Shown: positions 1 to 12,133, counted from the stretch's first letter. The stretch is 64,000 nt of DNA from Octopus sinensis (GCF_006345805.1 NC_042998.1:106826001-106890000), one strand, 5' to 3'. A program made the numbers and translations. Notes: a model not told the origin generated them from the sequence alone.

Positions 1-277
1 ATAAAGAATTTCTACAAATTTACGTTATAAAGAATTTGTACGACTAAATAAAAAATATTTGCTGTGAATTACAAATCAACCGGTTATAAAAATATAAATC
101 GAATCATCGCTTCTAAAACAAGAGAATCTAATAAAGAAGGTCGGCCAAAGACAGCAATATATGGACTTATGGTGATAAACTATGCCAAAGCAGACAGTAG
201 AGCTTGGTGCAGTCTTCTTGCTTGTCAGCTCCAGTCAAACCGTCTGACTTATGCCAATATGGAAAACGGATGTTAAA

Positions 278-395
278 TGATGACGACGACTTTGATGATG
301 ATGATGATGATGATGGTGATGGTGATGATGATGATGATGATGATGGTGATGCTGATGATGATGATGATGATGATGACGACGACGACGACGACGTT
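278..395. repeat. (GAT/GAC)n trinucleotide microsatellite
   Basis: Directly visible; explains the poly-D/H/M ORFs in the track. Confidence 0.95.
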
Positions 396-588
396 GTTCA
401 TGAAGAAAATTAAACATTACAAACTCCACATTTTTTTTATAAGCTCAGTTTGAAATAAGCGGCAGTGCCTATGACCGTCGAGTGCTCTCCAAGATTGGTG
501 AAACTGGAGCCATTTACATTCTGCTTAAACTGTTACAGGAAAAATAATATAGAAAGTGAATTCCAGAGGGATAGCATTCTGGGAAGCA

Positions 589-992
589 AGGAAGGCGGCG
601 AGCTGGCAGAAACGTTAGTGCGCCGGACGAAATGCTTAGCGGTATTTCGTCTGCCGCTACGTTCTGAGTTCAAATTCCGCCGAGGTCGACTTTGCCTTTC
701 ATCCTTTCGGGGTCGATAAATTAAGTACCAGTTACGCACTGGGGTCGATGTAATCGACTTAATACCTATGTCTGTCCTTGTTTGTCCCCTCTATGTTTAG
801 CCCCTTGTGGGTAATAAAGAAATAGGTATTTCGTCTGCCGTTACGTTCCGAGTTCAAATTCCACCGAGGTCGACTTCGCCTTTCATCCTTTCGGGGTCGA
901 TAAATTAAGAACCAGTTGTGTACTGGGATCGATCTAATCGACTGCTCCTCTCCCCCCAAAATTTCGGACCATATGCCTAGAGTAGAAAAGAT
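589..992 (+). mobile_element. SINE family A (aaggcggcgagctggcag... core) with an internal 184-bp tandem duplication
   Basis: The core gttctgagttcaaattccgccgaggtcgactttgcctttcatcctttcggggtcgataaa recurs more than 10 times in the window; ggtatttcgtc occurs at 641 and 825. Confidence 0.85.
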
Positions 993-1275
993 CCTGGGAA
1001 GTAAGAAATGGTCTTAGTGGTTAGTGCAGTACCTGGGAAGAGAAGAGAGGTACAACATGAGTAATGGGAAGAGGAGAAACAAATTAATCAAAATTACCCT
1101 AGTGGAAGAGACACAAAGACCCGTTAGCTGCGAGGATTTAATTGAAAACCATCATATTAGTTTATCTGATATTTATACACTAATTAGTATTACAAAGGTA
1201 AGGGACTGACAGAATCATTAACGCATCAGACAAAATGCCAAGGTCACCTTTGCTTTTCATGCAATCGATCGAATT

Positions 1276-1650
1276 TTGGCTTCCCAAAACCATAAAGGAG
1301 AAAGCTAATTCGAAGACTACAGATCGAAGCAATCATTGAAATTTAAAAATCTGTAAAAACTTTCCAGAAGTTTATCATTTAAATATATATGAGCATGTCT
1401 AGATATGCAACTATGTGCATGAGAATACATGCATAAAGCAAAGCATACAAATCTGCACATGTAAATAGATACATACATACATACATACATACATACATAC
1501 ATACATACATACATACATACATACATACATACCCTGTTGTTGATGTTGAAATTCCAATGAAGGAGCCTTGAATCTAGGTTAGAAACCGACTCTTTCTCTA
1601 TTGGCAAGAAATCTTGAAATAAAACTGGACAATGACATACATACAGACAC
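1276..1650 (+). mobile_element. 3' end of an R4/Dong-type (RLE) non-LTR retrotransposon with (CATA)n-containing 3' UTR
   Basis: Translates ...GFPKP*RRKLIRRLQIEAI..KICKTFQKFII; ggag..gctaattcgaagact matches the RLE fragment at ~40760; followed by (ATAC)n at 1468-1531. Confidence 0.6.
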
Positions 1651-1657
1651 ATATATG

Positions 1658-1810
1658 TCAGGCTTTCACACAGCTATGTCCATCAAACTCCAGTCACAAC
1701 ATTTCGATAAAGCTGAGGTTATAGTATAAGGCACTTGATCAAAAAGACATGCAGCGGAATCGAACTATGTGGCTGCATGGCAAATCGTTTAACCACAGTA
1801 CTATACCTAT
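1658..1810 (-). mobile_element. Degraded 5' half of SINE family B
   Basis: Diverged reverse complement of the intact copy at 30933-31100. Confidence 0.55.
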
Positions 1811-3099
1811 TTATTCAACTTGTTTTTTTTTTATGCTGTTCCTTTCAGAATCGGAGGTAAGAAGGACGAAACTTTCATACCAATTTCAAAAGGGACTGTA
1901 CACAAAACGTAAGTCATACTTACAAAATATTTGCACACACACTCGCAAAACGAAAGCTTAAAGATATTGAAGTAGAGACAGAGATGACGGGAAGTGGAAG
2001 AAACGGCAAAAATGTAATTTGTTAAACAATGCCAGAACACGCGCTCACGCATGCGCATGCACACACGCATGCGCATGCACACACGCACACATAGTGGCAG
2101 TCTCATACATACCACCATTCTCCATTTATACCCATCCACGCATACATATACACACATAGCGGTATGTGGGTGCAGACTCAGTCACCCACCCACTTGTACA
2201 CGCATGTGTTAAGCTCACTCCCCTCTAAATTCATTCTTACCGGGTTACTCTGACTTTGTTTGACACCTGTATACCACTCTTTTCTTTCACCCCTACTTGT
2301 TACCTTCTCTTTACTACTACTCACTCTTTCACTTGCTAAAACCCACCCACAACTCACACGTTACTTCTACTGGTTAACTCTCTTCACTTTCCACTATTCT
2401 TTTAAAAGAGATAAATTCTGCCTCAATTGTTTTATATTACGAACATTCAAAAGTTCTTTTTTAAGCCAGATGTGTCAGTTTGAGTTTCACTCTGTTCAAC
2501 ACTGATAGTTCTCTTCCAGATTCTCATTACACATAACATCGATATTCTTTGTAGATTTTACCAGTTCCTCACCATACTTTTGACATCCCGTCGAACCTCT
2601 CTGGACTTTTTACCAGTAGTCAGTAATTTTTCTTCTTTTATCTTTTCTTTGGCTTTTCTTGTCTTCGCAGAACCTATGCCTTTTACTCTTGCATATTTTA
2701 GTTTAAACCCTTCTTCCGTGTTGAAACGTCACACATTCATACACTTGCACACACAGCTATCACACCTTCCATGTTCCTCTTGCAATCATTAGGTTTACCA
2801 ACATCTTTTTCTGTCACACTCACATACTCGCTCTTACCTCACCTGCACATTTTCTTACAATCCACTTAACACACACACACCAGCACCTCCTACCCCACTA
2901 ACGTACGCTACCATACTTCCATACTTGCACTTTCGTGTACACATACACGCGCTTCACCAAAATACATACCTACAACTCCCTTTCAGCCCACTTCCAGGCA
3001 CGAATATACGCCTATGCTGCATATACACACATGCATACACCTCCCTTTTTAACTCTTCTCCATGGATCAGCATTTCTACCAGGTTTGTAACCCTTCACC

Positions 3100-3310
3100 T
3101 ATTTACTTTTTTCACTTTCTCTTTCTCTTTCTCACTGACTCTTCCTTTTTCTCACTCCCTTTATGCTTTCGTCTTTCTTCTGATGAAGAACTAAGATGCA
3201 AAACATCAAAAACTTTCTCTTACTATTGAAGCGCTAAGCTAATACATATTTGTAAAAGCCTTCTCCTTCCTGCGTATTTTTTTTTATTGTTCATTGCATT
3301 TACACTATAT
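3100..3310 (+). mobile_element. Old PLE terminal-repeat (pLTR) remnant with decayed hammerhead motif
   Basis: ctgatgaagaactaagatgcaaaacatc at 3180, then gcgctaagctaatacat; similar to the copies at 8281 and 47883; GAAA is mutated to CAAA. Confidence 0.45.
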
Positions 3311-3342
3311 ACATACATATACATAAGCACACACACATACAA

Positions 3343-3344
<2 letters not shown>

Positions 3345-3428
<84 letters not shown>

Positions 3429-3437
3429 GACAGACAG
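3345..3437. repeat. (GA)n(GACA)n compound microsatellite
   Basis: Directly visible. Confidence 0.95.
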
Positions 3438-3603
3438 AAAAAGAGAGTTTTTTCAAGTGAATTCATTTCTTGCCACTGAAGTTTCTTGCCACCGTGATCG
3501 TCAGATGAGAACCAAAATAACTCGGTGTAAACTTCTTTTCGCTATGTCTTTATGGATTGGATTGTTTATGAACTTTCCATGTGTCTGATTGGTGTCTGAT
3601 TGG

Positions 3604-3612
3604 TGTGTGTGT

Positions 3613-3655
<43 letters not shown>
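3604..3655. repeat. (GT)n microsatellite
   Basis: Directly visible. Confidence 0.95.
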
Positions 3656-3656
<1 letters not shown>

Positions 3657-4119
3657 GGCTACCATCCGTGTAGCATCTCTTATATTCCTTCCCATGACTT
3701 TCATCTCTTATGCTCCTGCCGTAAAGCTTCCCTTCCACACACGCCACCCACCTTCATTTAATTCGTCCTTAGTCGAAAGACACCTGTTGTTAATGTCCTA
3801 TTGTTTGTATTTGTAACTGTACACCATTTCTACGTTCTTTTCGTCCTTGTTTTCGTATACATTCGCTTGCTTTCTTCCAATGAGTCTAGTGCTCTTAGCT
3901 TAGATTTTCTTGGGGCCGGCTCGATTGGAGCAGTATCGAGTGCAACCGACCAAAACTGCCAAGATGATCTGAAACTCAACTAAGGATAGGAAGCTCTGAA
4001 TGACCCGTCCTTGTTTTTTCCTGTCCTTTTTTGTATCTTCTAACTGTCCGGATGTTTTGTTTTCGCCTGTTTCCTTCTTGCTCCTTGTTCCATTTTTTGT
4101 TTTCTCATATATATATATA

Positions 4120-5240
4120 ATCAAAATAAGCAACATGAATAATTTCGGTAATTTGGTACGATCATCATTTTATTAAATATTGTAAGTATTACAACAGTTT
4201 TAAAATGTTGAGTAATCATCAGCCATTAATAGAGGTTTTCCATTAATACATAATTTTCATATCAATTGATAACATTATAGAGAATGTAGATATATAGACA
4301 AAGATGTCAATTTAAACATTAAGGTAGTAGAGTTTATCAACTGACTGAAGAATATTCAGAATATTCAGTTGTTTTGAACTTCTAGAAGGTTTGGGAAAAA
4401 TGATCAATTAAAAGGAGACAAGAAAGATTTTCTATTTATAGAAATAGGGGTGAAATAGATGTCAAAGTTCTATATAAAGGAATTAAGGTAGAGGGAGGGT
4501 TGTAATGCTACAGAGGCTGTTTACAACTATTTGGCAAACAGATTTTGTATTAGGAAAACTAAGGCAATGTCAAATGGTCACAGTGACCACTTATAGAGAA
4601 TACAGCGATTCTTTTATACTTATATACATCAACTTTATACTTAGCTGGTAGATTTTGAATATTCTGATACGTTGGATTAAAGGAGAAATTATAAATCTAA
4701 TATTTATTCATTTTGGAGAAAAAATCTATCACTTATTATGAGTAGGCATAATACTCATTAACTGAGGACAAAAGTCTTATTAGTCAAGTGAATATATTAG
4801 GGCTCAAATATATATAATAGGAAAACTGGAAGAGGAGTAATCAAGAAGAAAGGTTTTCATAGGTTTAGAGAAGGTGATTTATTTTTATGAAGAGAAGTAA
4901 TTTAGAAGAGTAAATTACTCAGATTTCGTAGATAGTGAAATGTTATTAATGAATTAAAATATAGAATCTGTTAGACATAATATTTACTACCCGCGGAGAA
5001 AGGCTAATTAGTTAAGTAAAAATATCCTAGGTTAATGATATATTAAGAAATGGAAGTGAGATAATCAAGGTGAACTTTAAGGACATAGACTTTATACTAT
5101 TTAGTATAGGAGATTATCAAAAAAAGAAAATAGGGGGAATTTAATTCCAAGTTTGCAATGAAGTTTTTTTAGTAATCTATGTATGTTGAATTAAAAACCA
5201 GTATGGTATATTCATTCTTATTTGGTTAAAAAGAATTAGA
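4120..5240 (-). mobile_element. Highly degraded Penelope-like retroelement (RT thumb to 3' end)
   Basis: The minus strand gives LNSIKSMSLKFTLIISLPFLNISLT (~5030-5105; cf. PLE LNS..P.IKFT.E...LPFLD) and DYSSS (4828-4842), with a decayed HHR-like motif at 4135-4170. Confidence 0.55.
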
Positions 5241-5322
5241 ATTTGAAAAATTTAGGAATAGTTACAATATTATCATTTAAAATATTTAAACGTACGGGTT
5301 GTGCGATGTATGCAAGATACTC

Positions 5323-5324
<2 letters not shown>

Positions 5325-5413
<89 letters not shown>

Positions 5414-5414
5414 C

Positions 5415-5499
<85 letters not shown>
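5325..5499. repeat. (TA)n(GATA)n compound microsatellite
   Basis: Directly visible. Confidence 0.95.
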
Positions 5500-5599
5500 C
5501 CTTGTTTCGAATTTGTGTGAATGTACAGAAAAATATATCAGCTGAATAAAATTAAAACCTGGGAAGGTTTTCACGTATTTATGGTATTTTACCATTAAA

Positions 5600-7235
5600 A
5601 AAATTTTGTAATGCTCATAAAGTTAAATTAGTACTTTCATACATCGAGTAATGATCAGATTTCAAATGTGTTTAACTGACAGTTGAGTTCTTGTCAATTT
5701 TAGTCCCTCTCAGAACGCTCCAACAAGCTGAAGTTTTAGAATAGGTTTTTAACCAATCCACATGCATCTCAAACATGCCGGTTTGCCAAGCGTACCAATA
5801 TTCTGTAATTCGTTTATATTTATAAGCTAAAGATATTTTTTTAACCCACATCATTAACTGGTTGTGATATTATTGCTATTATTTCCGTTCAGAACAGGTT
5901 TGAACATTTTGATAAATCGTTTTTCTTTTATCTTTCTTCCAACCACACTTGTGTGTCATGTAGTTTGTGGAAATGAAAAATTAGAGACATTTTCTGATCA
6001 CATGTCTCTATATGTTCGCTCAATGGAATTTGGCGAACATCGGTGTTCCGGATTTGTTGTCTGTGAACTCGTGAGCATTCCAATAATGCATTCTCTGTCT
6101 CGCCTATATATAATTCCTCGCAATTCGGACATTTAATGCAGTAGATAAAATTTCTGCTTTTACAGTTCATATCTGCGTTTGCGAAAATCTGTCCACTTTT
6201 TGTTCTTATGGACCTACTAGCATGCATGTATTGACAGGTTCCACATCTGTTATCATTACACTTGGATACTGTGAATGCTTTATCATGTTTGTTCGGGTTG
6301 AATTTTGCCTTTGTTAATAGTTTCTTTAGATTATGTGGTTGCCTTTTGCTTCAGATAAGTGTTCGATTAGTTTTTATGTTTTTTTGAATTTTTCTCTTTG
6401 TTTTATGATTGGCAAATTTGTTTTGATGGTGTTAAAATATTTTGGTGATGCGGATTTTGTGTTACTAGAAATAGCGTTGTGTTCTTTTGATGGGTTCGTC
6501 TTTATCGTGCTGTCCTAAGTTGTTCTGTAGGTGCCACTTTTGCTCTCTATATACTATTTTCTATAAGTAGGAGAGGGTAATTTTGCTTGAGCAGAAATCC
6601 TTTGAGTTCTATAAGCCGTGTGTTTCTGATATTTGGATCATCGACTATAGTACAAATTTTCCTGGCTAGACAGTACGGGATGTTGCGTTTAGTGTGTGTT
6701 GGGTGGCATGATTTGAAATTTAGGTACTGGTATGTATCGGTGCTTTTTTAATAAATATCAGTTGTGATTGTGGTGTTGTTTTTAATTATCATTATGTCAA
6801 GAAATGGCAATTGTGTTTTGCTCATTTCTCTTGTAAATTTGAGACTAAGGTGTACATTGTCGAGGGGGCTGCTGAATTCTTCCAGATTTTCTAGGAATTT
6901 GATCCAAATTAGGAAACAATCATCGAGGTATCTTTTCCATGTGTCTTCTATATTTCTTTTAAAGGTCATGCCGTAATTCTCTTCAATTTTTTAATATAGG
7001 TTTTGTTCCACATATCCCAATATTGAGTTCACGAAAACTGGAGTAAATCGCATCCCCATAGCTGTGCTTTGAACTTGGAGGTAGCTTTTTTTCCGTTGAA
7101 AAGGAATGTATTGTTTTTGAGAATGAGGCTGACCGCGTCTAGTATGAAGGTTACAGTAAATCTACTGGGGATCACTTCTCTATGTTTCTCGACCTAATAT
7201 TTTATGGTAGTAAGTCCTAAATCATATGGAATGTT
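5600..7235 (-). mobile_element. 5'-truncated Penelope-like element (RT + GIY-YIG endonuclease), pseudogenised
   Basis: Motifs in order: TNIPYDLG, QSTAMG, KRYLDDCFLIW, LPFLDIMI..TDIY, SCHPTHTKRNIPY, NFIYCIKCPNCEELYIGET..RVHRQQI; stops and frameshifts present. Confidence 0.92.
5625..5662 (-). ncRNA. Degenerate minimal type I hammerhead motif at the PLE 3' end
   Basis: Minus strand AAAU-CUGAUCA-UUAC(UCGAU)GUAU-GAA-AGUACU-A-AUUU; palindromic stem III AGUACU; G8 replaced by C. Confidence 0.55.
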
Positions 7236-7261
7236 CGTATATTGTCCGCACCCCTCGCACC

Positions 7262-7760
7262 CCTATTATTTACTTCCTTCTCCAAATCCACAAACCTAAC
7301 AACCCTGATTGCCCCATCGTCTCTGTCTCCAGATATCTTGACCGTGTCCTTGCCCCCTAGTGTCTTCTCTCCCCTCTCACATCTATGACACCAACCACGC
7401 GTTTCGTTTGTTCAACTCTTCCTCCTTCCCTCCTGGCCCCTCTAAACTTCTCTTCACTCTCGTCATTCAGAGCCTTTACACGGTGATCCCTCATCACGAG
7501 GGGCTGCGTACACTCCAACATTTCCTTGACCTTCGACCATACCCCCAACCTGTCACATCCACACTCGTTCGTCTGGCCGAACGTGTCCTCTCACTCAAAT
7601 GCTTCTCATTCGCTGGTGATTTTTACCAGCAATTCTCGGGAGTGGCCATGGGAACGAGAATGGGCCCCAACTATGCTAACCTGTTCGTTGGTCCCACTAC
7701 CGAACTATACGGCCGTTATATTGACGACTGTATCATCGCGACCTCACTCCAGTACGACCC
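7262..7760 (+). mobile_element. Penelope-like RT fragment of a second, C-rich family (Neptune-like), internally deleted
   Basis: LQIHKPNNPDCPIVS (cf. PKIHK...PGRPIVS), SLYTVIPHHEGL, GVAMGTRMGPNYANLFVG, YGRYIDDCI. Confidence 0.88.
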
Positions 7761-8149
7761 CTCCACTTCGCACATCTTCCCTAACCGACCCCACCCCACC
7801 CCTACACAATCCAACCCTACCTTCCCTATCATCCCACCAACACATACCCTACCCCTACCCCCACCCTCAGCTTACCTAATACTCCACCTCTACCCACAAC
7901 CCACCGTTGCTTTCCCCACTCTCGCCTCCCCAACCTCCCAAACACCATTACTTCACACACACCTACTCCATACACCACCATACCACACATCACATCACAC
8001 CACCATGCACACATTACCACTGGCCACTTCCCAGCTCCACATCCACACACCTACATATACACACATGCACACGTCAAGGTCACCAACTCTCTTCCACACG
8101 CACATACATACTCTCATATACACATGCACGCACACCTTTGTTTTGGGAT

Positions 8150-8400
8150 CACCACTACTTTATTATCTCCTCTTCTTCCTAGTTCTCCTGTGTGACCCCT
8201 CTGTACGACATTCTCCATGATAGATCGCTAGCCACTGCTCATTCTTTATTTTCTCTCCTTGTTTCTTTCTGTGTTCCTTTCTGTGGACGAGCTAGGCTCG
8301 AAACGTTACTTTTTCACTTCCCGAGGGTTAAACTAATACATCTGTTTGTTGTCTACACCACCTGTTTTCGTCTTTCATTTTTTGTGAATTCCCCCTATAT
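8150..8400 (+). mobile_element. PLE pLTR-type repeat with mutated hammerhead core
   Basis: ctgtggacGAGCtagGCTCgaaacgtt at 8281-8307; downstream ttaaactaataca...ttttcgtctt is shared with 47810-48000. Confidence 0.65.
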
Positions 8401-8538
8401 ATGTGTGTGTGTGTGTGTGTGCGTGTGTGTGTGTGTCTGTCTGTCTGTCTGTGTGTCTGTGTGTGTATGTGTGTGTGTGTTTTTCTGTGTACACATATAT
8501 ATATATGCATATATATGTGTATGTACATATCTGTCAAT

Positions 8539-8633
<95 letters not shown>
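8397..8633. repeat. (GT)n/(CT)n/(TA)n compound microsatellite
   Basis: Directly visible. Confidence 0.95.
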
Positions 8634-8637
<4 letters not shown>

Positions 8638-8699
8638 AAAAGAGAGAAAACGCACACTATTTTCATAGTTTTGATATATTTTTTATTTATTTTATAAAT

Positions 8700-9445
8700 G
8701 AAAGAGTATGTTATAAGTTATGTCCACAGCCTGAACAAGTTATAACACAACCTGAACAATTTATAATATAAATTAGATTCTCGGAAGCACAAGTGAAGTT
8801 GGTTTTAATTGTGAACCTCTGTCCTTGTTTGAATAGGAATTCTGATCTTTCCTGCAGGTTGGGACATGTTCCACAGTTTGGCCGTCCACATTTTTTATCC
8901 ATTGGTTTCGTTGCTGTTGTGTGAAGCTTCGCATTTGTCAGAAGTCTTTTCAGCGATTTGTGTAGCTTTTTGCATTTGATGAATTTATATATTTTCAGAA
9001 CGTTGTTCATTTTTAGATTCCTAGTAAGCATAGGTAAATTTTGTACAATAGTGTTGTATGCCGCATTGTTTCTAGGTTGTGTGTGGATATATATGGTAGT
9101 GTTTTGAGATGTGGTGTGGTGCTATGTATTGTTTCCTAATTTCTTGGAACGCTTCATCCCATCGTCTATAAGTGAGGGTGGATATTGTCTTTTTGCTAGT
9201 GTTGTTCTGAGGTCTTGAAGACGGAGGTCCTAGGTATTTCCATCAGACACTATTGTGCAAATCCTTTTTGCTAAATTGAAAGGAATATCCCTTTTGATGT
9301 GTTTCGGGTGGCATGAGCTAAATAGAAGATATTGTTTCCTTTTTTTAAATCATAATGTTGACTTTTTTATCATAGGATAAAATTAAGTCAACATCCAAAT
9401 TGTAACTGACATTTATCATAAACCAACAAACTCGAAACAATATCG
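8700..9445 (-). mobile_element. Penelope-like fragment (thumb to start of GIY-YIG) with a locally inverted 5' end
   Basis: Minus strand: KQYLLFSSCHPKHIKRDIPF, CGRPNCGTC, FTCASENLIYIINCSGC. Plus strand 9397-9444: QIVTDIYHKPTNSKQY. Confidence 0.85.
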
Positions 9446-9770
9446 TCTACTATAGCTTCAGGCCGAACAAAGCCTCGTGAGTGGATTCGGTGGAGGGAAA
9501 CTGGAAGAAGCCCGTCGTATACATATATAAGTATATATTTGTGTATGTGTGTTTGTCTCCCCCCCCCCGCCATCGCTTGACAACCGATGCTGGTGTATTT
9601 ATGCCCCCGTAACGTAGCGGTTCAGCAAAAAGGAAAGACCAATAGAATAAGTACTAGGCTAACAAAGGATAAGTTATGGGGGCGATTTCTTTGACTAAAT
9701 CCCTTTAAGCGGATACTCCAGCATAGCCGCAGTCAAATGAGTGAAACAAGTAAAAGAATAAAAGAATATA
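9445..9770 (+). mobile_element. SINE family B, 5'-truncated
   Basis: Matches 31025-31341 including the gaaacaagtaaaagaataaaaga tail. Confidence 0.85.
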
Positions 9771-10031
9771 TGTGTGTATGTAGTTTACATCATAAGAATT
9801 TAGACACGACGGGAGAACATGTAATAATTCGTTTTTAACAGCTGAATAGGGAGTAGATAAATCTATAAATAATAGCGTGTAAATATTGTTTTGGTTCACA
9901 TAATGTGGGTTCGAGTCCCAGAGACAGCCTGCGACATTTTTCTATTTGCACATTGTGGCCATTTTATATTTTTTATTTTGCGCATGTGCATTGTGTGTTT
10001 TGATTTTGTCGACTATACAGTATAGTAGGGT

Positions 10032-11240
10032 CAGTTGGGTATTGTCTGTGAGAAAGACAGCACATGATGCAATTCACTCTGCCAGAAATTTGGAAAGGAC
10101 ATGCTTTACTGCTTGGCATTCGCGCCAAAAGCTCTTATACGAATATTTCAGACTGTTTGGGACTCAATCTGAGGACAGTGCAGAGAATTCGGAAGGAGTT
10201 AGATGAGCCTAATAGTCATTAGAAGGTACGGCAGCTCGGAAAACAACTCACTCTGACACTTCTGATAAGGAAAGAACTTCTAAATTTGTTGGTGAGATCC
10301 AGGCCATGATTGACAATGATCCCTCCAAGTCAATCAGATCCATCGCCAAGGACATAGGTGTGTTTGAGTTTCTTATTAGGCGGGTAGTGCATGAAGACAT
10401 TCGGTATTCCTCATACAAGATGAGAAAAGGCCCAATTTCTATCCCAAGCCATCGTGGGCAAGAGGAAAGACCGCTCTAAGAAGTTTTTGAACAAACTCAA
10501 GCATCCCCTCCAACCAAACATGCTTTGTTTTTATCTTAGAGGAGAGGAATGTCTGCCAAGATCAGATGGTGAACACATAGAACAAGCTTTGGCTTGCAGT
10601 ATCCCCAAAACATGTACCGAGAGTATAAACAGAGTATAAACATCCAATCAGCATCATGGTTTTTAGAGTGATCACTAGTAATGGCAACGTTATGCCTCCA
10701 TTCATCTTCACACATGGCCTCAAACTCAACACGGAGGCCTACATCAAGTACCAGGAATAGGTAGTACCGCCCTGGATCAAGAGTTGGCTGCTGGAAGACC
10801 CTATGTTTAGCAACAGAACTCTGCATCATGCTACACAAGCTGGAGAACTCAGTCATGGCTGTCAGACAATTTCTGTGACCACATCATCCCTAACATCTGG
10901 TTACCTAACTCCCAGACTGCAACCTTCTTGATTATTAAGTGTGGGGCGCAGTTGAGCGAGAGACCAACAAAACTCCTTGTAACACCAAAGATGAACCGAA
11001 GGCAAAGATTATGGCAGTATTCACCAACTTAAACAAGGAGGACGTCTAGAAGAGTTGTAGAAAATTCCGTAGTCGTCTGGAGGCCGTGGCTGAAGCCAAT
11101 GGCGATTTTATTGAATAAATTTACTATTTAGTATTTCAAAATATTTTCATGTAATTTTGGTAAATATATCTGTTAAAATTAGATGTCAGTGTTATTTTTA
11201 TTTTTGCGTAATTTAGACGACAATTTATTCCCCCACCCAA

Positions 11241-11243
<3 letters not shown>
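10032..11243 (+). mobile_element. Decayed maT-type (DD37D) Tc1/mariner transposon
   Basis: IDNDPSKSIRSIAKD (HTH); QQNSASC...W.PNSPDCN.LDY with 37 residues between catalytic positions after restoring one base; right TIR acccaactg followed by TA at 11244, left remnant cagttgggt at 10032. Confidence 0.8.
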
Positions 11244-11297
<54 letters not shown>

Positions 11298-11301
11298 ATA
11301 T

Positions 11302-12042
11302 ATAATAGAAATATTAAAATAACTAAGTCTCTCTAAAAGAGAACAGCGGCAGCGTTCCCGGAAAATAATAGTTATCGCCATACTAATATGGCATTCTTAT
11401 AAAAATAAGAAAAAAGCTGTCCGCTTATTAGCTCCATGAGGCCATCGCCTTAAGTTAGCTATTTGATACACAACTGTATCCATATAACCTTCGAACAAGG
11501 GAGGTCAGTCGCTCCACACTACTTGACCGGCAAGTAGTGTGGAGCGACTGACCTCCCTTGTTCGAAGGTTATATGGATACAGTTGTGTATCAAATAGCTA
11601 ACTTAAGGCGATGGCCTCATGGAGCTAATAAGCGGACAGCTTTTTTCTTATTTTTATAAGAATGCCATATTAGTATGGCGATAACTATTATTTTCCGGGA
11701 ACGCTGCCGCTGTTCTCTTTTAGAGAGACTTAGTTATTTTAATATTTCTATTATTGAAAACAAGTGGATGTATTCCACCGAAACTAGGTAAATAAAACCA
11801 TCGAACAGAGATTGTCGGAAGCGACACCTACTGGCTGGCTACGCTGCATTGAAAAGGGGCAATACCCCGAAACGCGTCTGTAGCTGCCGGTCAAGTAGTG
11901 TGGAGCGACTGACCTCCCTTGTTCGAAGGTTATATGGATACAGTTGTGTATCAAATAGCTAACTTAAGGCGATGGCCTCATGGAGCTAATAAGCGGACAG
12001 CTTTTTTCTTATTTTTATAAGAATGCCATATTAGTATGGCGA

Positions 12043-12049
<7 letters not shown>
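11302..12049 (+). mobile_element. Young non-coding element: 223-bp perfect inverted repeat plus 1.4 copies of a 361-bp HHR-bearing unit (pLTR/retrozyme-like)
   Basis: Arms 11302-11524 and 11532-11754 with a 7-nt spacer; direct repeats 11532-11688 and 11893-12049; flanked by (TA)n on both sides. Confidence 0.9.
11824..11901 (+). ncRNA. Type I hammerhead ribozyme, U3-A8 core variant
   Basis: GCUGCA-UUGAAAA-GGGG(CAAUA)CCCC-GAA-ACGCGU-C-UGUAGC; predicted cleavage after C11878; stem I extends by cuggc/gccgg and cuac/guag. Confidence 0.8.
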
Positions 12050-12085
<36 letters not shown>

Positions 12086-12133
12086 TATATACAGAAGGAG
12101 AAAGAGAGAGATAGACATACACAGATACATATG

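Noticed and set aside
7760-8220. P/T/H-rich C-terminal extension of the 286-aa ORF
   Set aside because: Low-complexity C/A-rich DNA read through after the deleted RT.
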